In this document: in pieces, positions 48,924 through 58,735 of the stretch
Layout: each line of letters begins with the position of its first letter
Position numbering within the stretch: position 1 is the stretch's first letter
Virus record (IMG/VR): IMGVR_UViG_3300028840_002150
Coordinates: 1-64,000 of that record
Source of the DNA: a virus
Reading direction: 5' to 3' (one strand)
Length of the DNA: 64,000 nt
Made by a program: the position numbers and the translations under genes
Notes under the pieces: model-generated
Told to the model about the DNA's origin: nothing
Databases searched by the model: none
What the model saw: the letters and a program-made list of their open reading frames with translations, nothing else

Positions 48924-50279
48924 ATGGCAAGAGCAAAGAACCAAGAGGCCGCCAAGCAGGCGGAATCCGAACCCGTCAAGTCCGCCCCCTCCGGGCCGCG
49001 CATCCGCAACAAGGAAATCCGCACCGTTAGGGTAGCGGATATTCTGGACCACCCGAAAAACTGGAGGCGGCACCCAGCCGAACAACAAGCTGCCCTGGAC
49101 GGCGTGGTTTCCGAAATCGGCTGGATTGGCTACCCCGATGCTTTCGAGCACCCGTCTTATCCGGGCAAAATCATGCTCGTTGACGGCCACCTTCGCAAAG
49201 CCCACCTGATCGGCAAGTACGGGGAAGACGCCGAAATCCAAGTCAACGTCACCGATCTGGATATCGAGGAGGCGGATAAGGCGCTAGTCACACGGGACCC
49301 GTTGGCGGCCATGGCGGAAACGGACGCGGCCATTCTGCGGGATGTATTGGCCGGGATCGAAGCGGAAAACGCCGATCTTGCGGCCATGCTCGAAGCCTTA
49401 GACGAGGACGCACAGGCAATCCTGGAAGACGCGGCAGAATCGGAACCGCCCGAAATCACCGAAGATGAAGTCCCGGAACCGCCAGCGGACCCCATTACAA
49501 GACCGGGAGACCTGTGGATACTCGGGGAGCATCGGTTGCTATGCGGGGACTCGACTAAGGCGGAGGATGTGAAAAAATTGATGGAAGAAATGCGTGCGTA
49601 TCTTTTGGCGACAGATCCGCCGTATGGGGTCAATTTTGCGGGAGCCAAATACAACCCCCGCGCAAAGCATTGGGATGGAATCCAAAACGACACGAAGCAA
49701 GGCGAAGACCTTAAGTCGTTCGTTGTCGCAACATTGAATGCCTGGGTGCCGTATATCGATGAAGCAGCCGGGTTCTATTTTTGGACAGCAGCGATGGAAG
49801 AAGGCGCCGCCGCCGCCGCCGCCATTCGAGAAATCGGCTTACACATCCAGTCACAAATTATCTGGAACAAAAATACACTCGTCTTGGGACAGGCCGACTA
49901 TCAATGGAAGCACGAAAATTGCTGGTACGCATTCTGGAAGGGGAAACACCATAGATGGTTCGGGGGACGAGATAAAACGACTGTCTGGGATGTTGCGAAG
50001 GTGGCAAATTCTGCGTATGAACACCCGATGCAAAAACCAGTTGAATTGTACGCTATTCCGATCCGTCACCACACCCAAAACGGCGAGGTGATCGCCGAGC
50101 CATTCGCGGGAAGTGGTTCTCAGTTTATCGCCGCCGAACAGTTGGGCCGCAAATGCTACGGCATGGAAATCGGCCCGCAATACTGCGACGTAATTCTCAA
50201 CCGCTTCCGCAAGTTACGACCGAACAAGCCGATCACCCGTCAAGACGGCAAGACATGGGACGAGTTATCCGCCGCATAG
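48924..50279 (+). CDS. ParB-like N-terminal domain + DNA methyltransferase
   Basis: HPKNWRRHP..VDGHLR; GEHRLLCGDST, TDPPYG, HPMQKPV, EPFAGSGS. Confidence 0.9.
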   Translation: MARAKNQEAAKQAESEPVKSAPSGPRIRNKEIRTVRVADILDHPKNWRRHPAEQQAALDGVVSEIGWIGYPDAFEHPSYPGKIMLVDGHLRKAHLIGKYGEDAEIQVNVTDLDIEEADKALVTRDPLAAMAETDAAILRDVLAGIEAENADLAAMLEALDEDAQAILEDAAESEPPEITEDEVPEPPADPITRPGDLWILGEHRLLCGDSTKAEDVKKLMEEMRAYLLATDPPYGVNFAGAKYNPRAKHWDGIQNDTKQGEDLKSFVVATLNAWVPYIDEAAGFYFWTAAMEEGAAAAAAIREIGLHIQSQIIWNKNTLVLGQADYQWKHENCWYAFWKGKHHRWFGGRDKTTVWDVAKVANSAYEHPMQKPVELYAIPIRHHTQNGEVIAEPFAGSGSQFIAAEQLGRKCYGMEIGPQYCDVILNRFRKLRPNKPITRQDGKTWDELSAA

Positions 50280-50290
50280 GCTAAGCCCCG

Positions 50291-50716
50291 ATGCCATCCA
50301 ACAAAACCCCTAACCACCTACCCGCCGAACCTTCACGGGGGCAGGGGGGTGCTATGTTCGAGGACGACGCCTTCTACAAGGCGGACTTGCGACTCCTCGA
50401 ACGGGCCGCCCGCCACAACTGGCCGGTAGACGAAAACATGCGGAAAGCATTGGTCAACAAGGTAGCCCGCATCGCCCTAACCACGGAAGACCCCGACTAC
50501 ACGATTAAGGGGGTCCGCACAGTTGGCTACCTTGACAGCCTCAACATACAGCGGGAGCGGTTAGCCTTGCCGACGGCGTTACATCAGCACCTACACCTAG
50601 AGGGAATGGGCGAGGAACGAACGGTGGAGCTGGAGCGGATGTGCGAAATCATGCCCGAGGAAGACCGCCGCGCATTATCCCGCATGACCGGCAAGTGGAA
50701 GCCCGCCGTAGAGTAA
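50291..50716 (+). CDS. Putative terminase small subunit
   Basis: Helical ORF immediately upstream of TerL. Confidence 0.5.
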   Translation: MPSNKTPNHLPAEPSRGQGGAMFEDDAFYKADLRLLERAARHNWPVDENMRKALVNKVARIALTTEDPDYTIKGVRTVGYLDSLNIQRERLALPTALHQHLHLEGMGEERTVELERMCEIMPEEDRRALSRMTGKWKPAVE

Positions 50717-50732
50717 GAACGGAAGGCCGCAT

Positions 50733-52832
50733 GTGGCGAAGCTGGGAACCGAAGTGGCAATGGCGGCAAGCGGGGCCACGCTGGAAGAGGCCGGGCTGGC
50801 GTGTATCGGATGGGACTGCCCGCGGGACCTGAAGTTCTTTGCCGAAGTGTTTTGGGGCGTAGTGGAGCCGGGGAGGGACCTGATATGGGGGAAACATCTA
50901 TCGGCCATAGCCGAACACCTGGAAGCCGTCCGGCGCCGGCAAATCAAGCGGCTACTGATTACCGTCCCGCCGCGTACCACCAAATCCTCCCTGGTATCGG
51001 TGCTCTGGCCGGCGCAAGTCTGGACAACCGATCCGAGCCACCAGTTCCTTTGCGTATCCCACTCGGACGGGCTGGCTACGCGGGACACTCGGAAGATGCG
51101 GTCTATCGTGGAGTCGGACCTGTACCAATCCTATTGGGGCCGGGCTACCCGGCTAAGCCACGACCAAAACCAGAAGACCCGCTTCGAGAACGTGAGCCGC
51201 GGCCAGCGGGTGTCCTTCGGCATCTCGGCATCTTTCACCGGCGAGGGCGGAGACACGATCATCCTGGACGATTTGCTTGACCGGGACCGGGCCATGAGCG
51301 AGGCCCACCGCATCGCGGCTATCGAGGCGCTGGACGAGAAGATCAGCACCCGGCTCAACGACCCGGCAACCGGGGCTATCGTGATGATCGCTCAACGCTT
51401 ACACGAATCCGACCCCCCCGGACATGCCATCAAGCAAGGCGGATGGGAACACCTAAACCTGCCGATGCGGTTTGAGCCGGACCACCCGTTCCTATCCACC
51501 ACATCGCTTCATTTCGTGGACTGGCGGACCCAAGACGGGGAGTTACTGTGGCCGAAGCGGTTTCCCGAAAACGTGGTCAAGCAAATGGAGCGAACCCTTG
51601 GGCCCTACGGATCGGCCGGGCAGTTGCAACAGCGGCCGGCGCCCAGGGGTGGCGGGATGTTCAAGCGGGACTGGTTCCAGCCGGTGGCCCGCCAAAATGC
51701 CCCGCCTATCTCGGATTACGACGAGCTGTGCCGATTCTGGGATTTGGGCGGCACGGAGGACGGGGGCGACCCGACAGCCGGGGTGCTGATCGGCCGCCGC
51801 GGGGCCAAGTATTTCATCCACGGCTGCCAGCAGGGGCAATGGTCCGCCAATGACCGGGACACGCGGATCGTACAGACCGCCTCCCACGACAACGCCCTAT
51901 TCGGGCCGAAGGTAATGACCGGCGTGGAACAGGAACCCGGCGCCGCCGGCAAGCAGGTGGCGGAAAACCTGGTCCACCGGCTAACTGGATCCGGCTACCG
52001 GGCGTTTAAGGAGCCGGCGCAAGGCGACAAGCCCACCCGCGCGGAGTCATTCCAGGCCGCTTGTGAGCGCGGTGATGTCTACGTGATCGAGGGGGACTGG
52101 CTGGAGCCGTTCCTGGCCGAGCTGGAGCTATTCCCCTACGGGCAGCATGACGACCGCGTGGATGCGGTTTCCGGGGCGTTCCGCTATGTGAGCCGAGACC
52201 ACGGGCACCCACTGGACCCGCACGCCGTAGTGGCCGCGGCCGGCATGACCTACGAAGAGGCCCGCAAGTTCGATACGTTCCGGGCATCCGTTGGCGCGGT
52301 CTATCGAGATTACCGAACCCAGGAAATCGGCTTTGCTTTGGTCGGGGTCAATCCGGATGTACGGGAGTACACCTTGCTGGATTCGGCCCAATACGACCGG
52401 GCCGACGAAGCCGCGGCCAAGGACATCAGCGCCAGGGCCAAGGCACGCCGGGTACTCGGGATCGGCTATCCGGAAGCTGACGGGCATTCATTCGCCTCGT
52501 TGCTGAAGAAGGCGTGGGCAGAATCGGAAGCCCGACCGGATCCGAAATTCGCCGGACCGCTGACGGTCTACCCCAAGGAGCTATCCCCAAAGGTCCGAAC
52601 CATTATTGGCGGTCACGTCGTCACCGCCTTCCGGGATGGCAAGCTGCAACTGTTCGAGGACGACGAGCTACTTCGCCAAATCATCCGACTACCGATCGCC
52701 CGCAAGCCAGCGGGGTTCTCGTTGGAGGACCCCGAGGAGCACCAGACCAACCTGGCCCGCGCCTACGCGCTCGCCTTGGCCATGTTCTGGGCGCCGTACA
52801 ACATGGCCCAATACTTGCGGGAGAAGAATTAG
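50733..52832 (+). CDS. terL: Terminase large subunit with C-terminal extension
   Basis: VPPRTTKS (Walker A), IILDD (Walker B), QRLHESD, FWDLG, EQEPGAAGK, FPYGQHDDRVDA. Confidence 0.93.
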   Translation: MAKLGTEVAMAASGATLEEAGLACIGWDCPRDLKFFAEVFWGVVEPGRDLIWGKHLSAIAEHLEAVRRRQIKRLLITVPPRTTKSSLVSVLWPAQVWTTDPSHQFLCVSHSDGLATRDTRKMRSIVESDLYQSYWGRATRLSHDQNQKTRFENVSRGQRVSFGISASFTGEGGDTIILDDLLDRDRAMSEAHRIAAIEALDEKISTRLNDPATGAIVMIAQRLHESDPPGHAIKQGGWEHLNLPMRFEPDHPFLSTTSLHFVDWRTQDGELLWPKRFPENVVKQMERTLGPYGSAGQLQQRPAPRGGGMFKRDWFQPVARQNAPPISDYDELCRFWDLGGTEDGGDPTAGVLIGRRGAKYFIHGCQQGQWSANDRDTRIVQTASHDNALFGPKVMTGVEQEPGAAGKQVAENLVHRLTGSGYRAFKEPAQGDKPTRAESFQAACERGDVYVIEGDWLEPFLAELELFPYGQHDDRVDAVSGAFRYVSRDHGHPLDPHAVVAAAGMTYEEARKFDTFRASVGAVYRDYRTQEIGFALVGVNPDVREYTLLDSAQYDRADEAAAKDISARAKARRVLGIGYPEADGHSFASLLKKAWAESEARPDPKFAGPLTVYPKELSPKVRTIIGGHVVTAFRDGKLQLFEDDELLRQIIRLPIARKPAGFSLEDPEEHQTNLARAYALALAMFWAPYNMAQYLREKN

Positions 52833-53122
52833 TGGACGAGGACCAGGACTGCCGCGGTGATGCGTTCGAGTGGGAATTATTCGGCCAGTACATCAAGGCG
52901 CTCAACAACACCAAGTTCGTGGAGCCGGCCGAGATGCGGCGAATGGAAGCGGGCCGCGGTTGCGAGTGCTGCGGGCTACCATCCAAGGGTAAGCGGCACG
53001 GGTACCGCTGCTGCGGGGACGGACATTGCAAGCGGCATTTGGACGCGGTTTTCGAATCGCACCAATTGGCCGACAGAATCCGGGGGTCAAGGCGGAATCA
53101 CGCGAGGCCGGATCCGCTTTGA
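52832..53122 (+). CDS. Small Cys-rich protein
   Basis: CECC...CC...C.H; overlaps the TerL stop. Confidence 0.45.
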   Translation: MDEDQDCRGDAFEWELFGQYIKALNNTKFVEPAEMRRMEAGRGCECCGLPSKGKRHGYRCCGDGHCKRHLDAVFESHQLADRIRGSRRNHARPDPL

Positions 53123-53147
53123 CTTGTTTCTGATTTTGTGGTACTAT
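53119..53147 (+). promoter_or_regulatory. Sigma70-type promoter
   Basis: TTGACT-N17-TACTAT with an extended TG. Confidence 0.65.
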
Positions 53148-53173
53148 CGGAGCGAGCGGAGGGGGTGAATGGG

Positions 53174-54352
53174 ATGGAAAAGGTAAAGCAAATAACGTGC
53201 ATGGTTTGTTTTCGAGAATTTCGCGTCAAGCAGCATGAAGGGCGGAGCAAGTACGTCGGGACATGCCCGTATTGCGTGACTTACGACAATGGGACCGCGT
53301 TTGGACGGCTGTCGACCAACGCGGAGTTAGCGCTTTGCGAGGAATTCGGGCATGAGTGGGTTCTCACTCGCGATGGCGTTTACAAGTGCCAGCGTTGCGG
53401 GTACTGGGAGAAGCGAAAGAAAGGTGACCTCTGGTTGTCGATCACTGACTACCGGTAGCTCGGCTCCGAGGCAAGGAGCAATTGACATGAAACTACCCTG
53501 GTACGACTACATCCCGATTGTTGGAATGGTGACCGAACTTGTGAAAGCAAAGGTGAATGACTGCAGCGATGTTTACATACCGAATCCGAACAGATACCGC
53601 TTTGTTCGGCCGCGGCACAAAGATGGGATGCTAAAGCGTGACGCTGAGGGAAACTTGCTTCCGTTTATCGACCAGCACAAAACGGGGCACTACGACTATC
53701 GCTTAGATGAATGACTGTCGGTAGCTCGGCTTCACCGCATGACCTGATTTCGGGCAATATCAGACAACCAAACGAAAGGGACGGCATGGATAGGATTCTC
53801 ATGGGGTTGGCTTGCGGGTGTATTGGGGGCTGCGTAGCGTTTTGCCTTTGCTCCGTTGGAATGGCGGTGGTGTGCGTTACGACCGGCGAGCCAATAGCTA
53901 CCGCGTTGGCCACGGGGGCGGGATGTGGGTTGGGCGTCGGAACGGTCAACGGGATACTCGGCGCGGCGAGCTAGTGCGGTGTTATTGCGGTGGTGATGCC
54001 TACGGAGCCCACCACCCAAACATTCGAGAACAAAGGGCACACAGGCATGAAGTGTTGCGGAGAAGACAGGACAACCCCGTTTTGCCCGATGTGCGGAAAG
54101 CAATTGAGGCAACCCCACCCGCTTGACTCGCTAGTGAAACACTGTCAGGTGACGAGCAAGGGGCAGCGCAGCCAAGCGGAAAACTACCGCAGACAAGCGG
54201 AAAACTACCGCAGACAGGCGAAGACACCTGACGAAGAAAAGGCGGCTTGGTTTGACTCGCTTGCCGATGCCGCGGACAAGAAAGCCTCAAAGTGGGAACG
54301 ATGGGCGACCGCGATTGAGAAACTGATTCTGAAAACACCGGACTACCAGTAG
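53174..54352 (+). other. Four small accessory genes (53174-53458 Zn ribbon, 53487-53714, 53786-53974 membrane, 54047-54352 Zn ribbon/coiled coil)
   Basis: RBSs, CxxC pairs; 21-bp tandem duplication (QAENYRR x2) near 54172. Confidence 0.55.
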
Positions 54353-54412
54353 CGTTCGGAATCACGCAAGGCCGGATCCGCTGTAACCATTTTCCGATAT
54401 GGGGGCAATATC

Positions 54413-54922
54413 ATGGAGCGAAAGCGTGGGTACGGGCAAGCGGAACCGACGGTCGGCAAGCCGGTGGAGCTGCCGCAGCCAGCCGGGCAACGATGCGAGC
54501 CGCAGTTGGATCCGGGCGAGTGGGGCATTCTATTACAGCGGCGCAGAACGGACTCGGAGCAATGGCGGGAATGCCGGTGGTTTAGCCTGGAGGAAATCGC
54601 GGATGCCCTGTGGGAACAAGCGGCGCGGGCGTTTCAGGTGTTGGAAAGCGACTACGTACAGCCGATTAAGCCGATCCCCTGGACCGACTGCCTGTGCTCC
54701 GAAGTCGTCTGCCTGGATCCGGACGCAGAGTATCCGCCGGTAGCTGACACGCTGGAACGCGCGGAGGGCGAAAGCCAGTTCGATTACGAGGACCGGCTAG
54801 TGCGGCATTTTCACGGTGAGGATGCCTGTCTTAACCGAACAGATAACGGGGCACCGTGGGCCATGCCATGCACGAAGAAGCGGGGCCATGAGGGACCGTG
54901 TAAGTTCGAGGGTTACGCATGA
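54413..54922 (+). CDS. Hypothetical protein
   Basis: ATGA overlap with the methylase. Confidence 0.5.
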   Translation: MERKRGYGQAEPTVGKPVELPQPAGQRCEPQLDPGEWGILLQRRRTDSEQWRECRWFSLEEIADALWEQAARAFQVLESDYVQPIKPIPWTDCLCSEVVCLDPDAEYPPVADTLERAEGESQFDYEDRLVRHFHGEDACLNRTDNGAPWAMPCTKKRGHEGPCKFEGYA

Positions 54923-56781
54923 ACGACTGGACCAGCAAAGACGAAGAAGTCCGAATCCTGTTCGGCGACTGCCGGGAACGGATGAGGGAACTGCCGGACA
55001 ATTCGGTGGATTCGGTGGTCTGCGACCCGCCCTACCTCCTTAGCTTCATGGGGCGCGAATGGGATAGCGTGGGCGGAAAGAAGGGGATGCGGGATGAAAC
55101 ACGGGCACGACAGAGGTCGGAGTACGCAGACAGCGCCCCTGGAGCACCGCGATATGCGGCTTCGGCGGTTCCTGCTGCGTTGAAGCCGGGTGAAGCCACC
55201 GCCATGCAGGCTTGGCACCACTCCTGGGCCGTGGAAGCCTACCGCGTCCTGAAACCCGGTGGCCACCTCCTCGCGTTCGGCGGCACCAGAACTGTTCATC
55301 GCCTCGCCTGCGCCCTGGAAGATGCCGGGTTCGAGATCCGGGACAGTATCCTGGAAATGCTCGCATCGGATCAAGCGTTTCGGGATCTGTGGGACACGTT
55401 AGCGCCGGAACAGCAAGAGGCGATGGGCAAGGCATTGGAATCGGTGGGGCTGACGGGGTTGCTGTCTTGGAACCACTCACAAGGATTTCCGAAAGGCTTG
55501 AACGTGTCCAAGAAGATCGACCGGATTCTTGGGGCGGAACGGGAAGTGGTCGCCACACGCGAAGAGCACAACATCTGCCGACCGGAAGGTGGCGGTGACG
55601 AGCGGTTCAATACGTCGTCCGGCGCCCGTGAAACAAGGACCGTCGAGACGACCGCCCCCGCCACTCCCGAGGCCAAGAAATGGGACGGCTTTAACGTGGC
55701 CATGAAGCCGAGCTTTGAGCCAGTGGTATGCTGCCGTAAACCCTTATCCGAGTCCAACGTCGCCAGCAATGTGCTGAAGTGGGGGACGGGAGCACTGAAT
55801 ATCGGGGCATGTAGAGTGGGAACGGAGATCGTTCCGCAACAAATCGGCGGCATGGAGCGATTCAACCAGAAGGCGCATGAACACGGCTATCGCCCCAACG
55901 CATACCAAAAAGACAATGGGCGAAACGGCGAAGCATCCGCAGAAAGCCGATACGACGAAAAAGGCAGCACCAACTTTGCCGCCATGCCGGGACCGCGGAA
56001 CGGCTCGCCGCAAGGTCGCTGGCCCGCCAACACCGTCTTACTTCACCATCCCGAGTGTGTGTGCAGGGGGGTGAAGAAGGTCAAGGGCGGAACTGGAGGA
56101 AAGGCGTCGGGTGACAATGCGTTCGGCCACGATTCTGGGTGGAATAAACACAACAATCGGTCAACGAAAATCGTTCGGCAAAATGACGAAAACGGACAAG
56201 AGCAGGTCGAAGACTGGGACTGCCACCCGGAATGCCCTGCCTTTTTACTAAACAAGCAATCTGGAAAAAGCAAAAGTAGCGGAGGACAAGCGTCGCTAGG
56301 AGCATTTCGAGGCGGCAAAATCTACGGCGAAGGCAAGGACGTTCGAGAACAGAGGGATCCAGGTTACGGGGACTCTGGTGGCGCTTCCCGCTTCCTATAC
56401 CAAGCCAAAGCGTCGCGCCGCGACCGCTGGTTTTACTGCCGCGACTGCCAAGCCGCCTTCTGCGAGACCGAACGCCAGGACCACCAGCACGGCCACGACA
56501 AGGGTAAGCCGGACTGGAAGCATATCGTTGCGCACCCAACGGTCAAACCGCTGTCCCTGATGCGGTATTTGGCAAGGCTGGTAACGCCGCCGGGAGGTGT
56601 CGTCCTGGACCCGTTCCTTGGCACGGGCACCACGGCGGTCGCCTGCATCGAGGAAGGTTTTCGGTGCATCGGCTGCGAGCAAGATCCCGAGTATGCCGTG
56701 ATTGCGCGGACCAGGGTGGAAGCGAAGGCCGCGGAAGAACAAGACCGGTTTCCTTTGTTCAGGGAGCAACCCCATGCCTGA
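54919..56781 (+). CDS. DNA methyltransferase (N4/N6, beta class) with large insertions
   Basis: VDSVVCDPPY, RVLKPGG, GRWPAN, HPTVKP, LDPFLGTGTT. Confidence 0.9.
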   Translation: MNDWTSKDEEVRILFGDCRERMRELPDNSVDSVVCDPPYLLSFMGREWDSVGGKKGMRDETRARQRSEYADSAPGAPRYAASAVPAALKPGEATAMQAWHHSWAVEAYRVLKPGGHLLAFGGTRTVHRLACALEDAGFEIRDSILEMLASDQAFRDLWDTLAPEQQEAMGKALESVGLTGLLSWNHSQGFPKGLNVSKKIDRILGAEREVVATREEHNICRPEGGGDERFNTSSGARETRTVETTAPATPEAKKWDGFNVAMKPSFEPVVCCRKPLSESNVASNVLKWGTGALNIGACRVGTEIVPQQIGGMERFNQKAHEHGYRPNAYQKDNGRNGEASAESRYDEKGSTNFAAMPGPRNGSPQGRWPANTVLLHHPECVCRGVKKVKGGTGGKASGDNAFGHDSGWNKHNNRSTKIVRQNDENGQEQVEDWDCHPECPAFLLNKQSGKSKSSGGQASLGAFRGGKIYGEGKDVREQRDPGYGDSGGASRFLYQAKASRRDRWFYCRDCQAAFCETERQDHQHGHDKGKPDWKHIVAHPTVKPLSLMRYLARLVTPPGGVVLDPFLGTGTTAVACIEEGFRCIGCEQDPEYAVIARTRVEAKAAEEQDRFPLFREQPHA

Positions 56782-57491
56782 CGCCACTTGCAAGCGGTTC
56801 GGATCACGGCAGACCATTCAGCATATCGGCAAGGTGCGTTGCCTCGCTGGCTGGGCCTTCGTCTTGGTTGTGGCCTTTCCGTACCTGTTCTCTGCGGTCG
56901 TGAACGAATTGACTTTCCGGTTCATGTGTGCCTGCGAGGCGACGGCGCAATGGATCTGGGATCGGGAACCGTGGCGAGAGGCGTACAGGCGGGAGATGGA
57001 GAACGGGTGATCCGTACAAGCGAAAGGGGGCGACATGAGCCGCAGGGGGTGCGACCATTTTATCGACGAGGTAACCCAAACCATTAACCGCATGCGGCAA
57101 GAGTACGAAATGACCTACGCCGAAATCATCGGGTGCCTGTGTTTGCTGCGGGCCGATATGGAGATGGAGGCCGCTGATGACGGCGAATGAACCCGCGGCA
57201 GAATCGCCGCTCTGGAGCTTCCGCAAATACGACCGACCGGACGATGTAGGGTGGGCCGGTTGGATCGAAGTATGCGGAGAGATAATCGCGTTTATCGGGC
57301 TGGATAGGCGGATAACATGGGCAAATCCGCCGCAGCCTTTGAGGAACAGTTTCGAGTGCCCGCACTGTGGCCGAACACACGACCCGGCGGCGGAAGACGC
57401 CGAGCACCATTGTATTCCGCAACTAACCCCAGGCCGTCCACCGCATATTGTGTGTCCAGGATGCGGCAAGTGCATGGGGTGTGATGAATAA
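56774..57491 (+). other. Small hypothetical genes (56774-57010, ~57035-57180, 57177-57491)
   Basis: Overlaps; CxxC pairs. Confidence 0.45.
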
Positions 57492-57508
57492 GAGCCAAGG
57501 GGAACGGC

Positions 57509-58033
57509 ATGGCAATTGACCTACAGGCGTTTTGCGACGAAGAATGTCAACCCAGATATGCAAGGAAGGATTCCTTGAACCTAACACGACCGTTCGAGAT
57601 TGAGCTGCAATTCCCGTGGGCGAGCGGCACTTACGCGGCGGCCACGGACGCGGCAATCATCGTCGTGTCGAAACAGCCGTTGCCGTGGTTTCCGCCAGGG
57701 CCGTTTCCGAAGGTGCATGTAGCGCTCGCCGATTTTCCGCAAGATCGGCCGCGCAAATGGCGCAAGCTACCGGAACCCCGCCGGTGTGCCGAATGCAACG
57801 GGCTGGGGGTGCTGAAGCATACTTGCGAAAGCTGGTATTGCAGGCGTACCCACTACGGCCGAACGTGCGACAAGTGCCAACTTTCCATCGGCAAAAAACG
57901 CCTGTCCCAGTGGTACGCAAATAAGATCCGCAGCTTGCCGGATGCTGCAATTTGGTCCGACGATGCGGACCCGTGCTCGCCAATTTGGTTTCGGTTTATC
58001 GGCGGGTTCGGGGCCGTGATGCCTACGGCGTGA
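57509..58033 (+). CDS. Zn-finger-containing hypothetical protein
   Basis: IDLQAFC, AATD..I, CAECNG.G, G.G.VMP. Confidence 0.6.
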   Translation: MAIDLQAFCDEECQPRYARKDSLNLTRPFEIELQFPWASGTYAAATDAAIIVVSKQPLPWFPPGPFPKVHVALADFPQDRPRKWRKLPEPRRCAECNGLGVLKHTCESWYCRRTHYGRTCDKCQLSIGKKRLSQWYANKIRSLPDAAIWSDDADPCSPIWFRFIGGFGAVMPTA

Positions 58034-58104
58034 TGACCGGGGTGGCGTCTACCTTGCCCCGTGTCCCCCTATCCAGTAGAGATCCCCACTGAGTATCGGT
58101 CGAA

Positions 58105-58545
58105 ATGCCGCACGCGCACTTTCGGAACGGTTCGGACAGGTGGGCCACCCCGGTGTGGCTGTTTGAGGCACTGGACCGGGAATTCGGCTTCACCCTGGAC
58201 GTGTGCGCGGAACCGGAGACGGCCAAATGCAAGCGGTTCTTCGGCCCGGAGGAAAACGGGCTACTGAAGAACTGGGGGTCCGAAATATGCTGGATGAATC
58301 CGCCCTACTCCGCTACCGCCAAGTGGATGGCCAAGGCCCACAATGCGGCCAACGAGGGGGCCACCGTTGTTTGCCTGGTGCCGAGCAAGACCGATGCCAT
58401 CTGGTTCCACCGGTATGCCTTGAAGCACGAGTGCCGGTTTGTCAAGGGTCGGCTGCGGTTCGGCGGGCCGGATGCCGACAAGGCCCCATTCGCCTCGCTG
58501 GTGGTGGTCATGCGGCCGGATTCTTTCCGGTTGTGCTCTTTGTAG
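58105..58545 (+). CDS. Phage N6-adenine methyltransferase (Dam family)
   Basis: W.TP.WLF..LD.EFGFTLDVCA, WMNPPYS, VCLVP..TD..WF, F.KGRL.F. Confidence 0.9.
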   Translation: MPHAHFRNGSDRWATPVWLFEALDREFGFTLDVCAEPETAKCKRFFGPEENGLLKNWGSEICWMNPPYSATAKWMAKAHNAANEGATVVCLVPSKTDAIWFHRYALKHECRFVKGRLRFGGPDADKAPFASLVVVMRPDSFRLCSL

Positions 58546-58558
58546 CCGGGAGGACCGT

Positions 58559-58735
58559 ATGAGCACCGGCACCCGCGCCGATCCGATCAAACGCCAGCGG
58601 GCCGCCCGCCTATTACGCGAGGGCCGCCCCCACCGCGAAATCGCGCGAGTCACCGGCCTGGCCCGAGAAACCGTCCGCAAACTCGCCTGTGAACAGGCCG
58701 CCCCTTCCCGCCAGAATCAGGCCCGCAAATCATGA
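58559..58735 (+). CDS. Small HTH protein
   Basis: LLREG.P.REIARVTGLARETVRK. Confidence 0.65.
   Translation: MSTGTRADPIKRQRAARLLREGRPHREIARVTGLARETVRKLACEQAAPSRQNQARKS

Noticed and set aside
49804-49823. (GCC)n tract as a phase-variation switch
   Set aside because: Short in-frame trinucleotide run coding poly-Ala; slippage would not shift frame.
48909-54412. Half-motifs CAATATC at ~48909, ~53756 and ~54406 as further promoter copies
   Set aside because: They lack CGAATA at the 13-nt spacing.
54919-56781. Intein in the large methylase
   Set aside because: The insertions lack C/S-start and HN-C/S/T splice motifs and any LAGLIDADG blocks.
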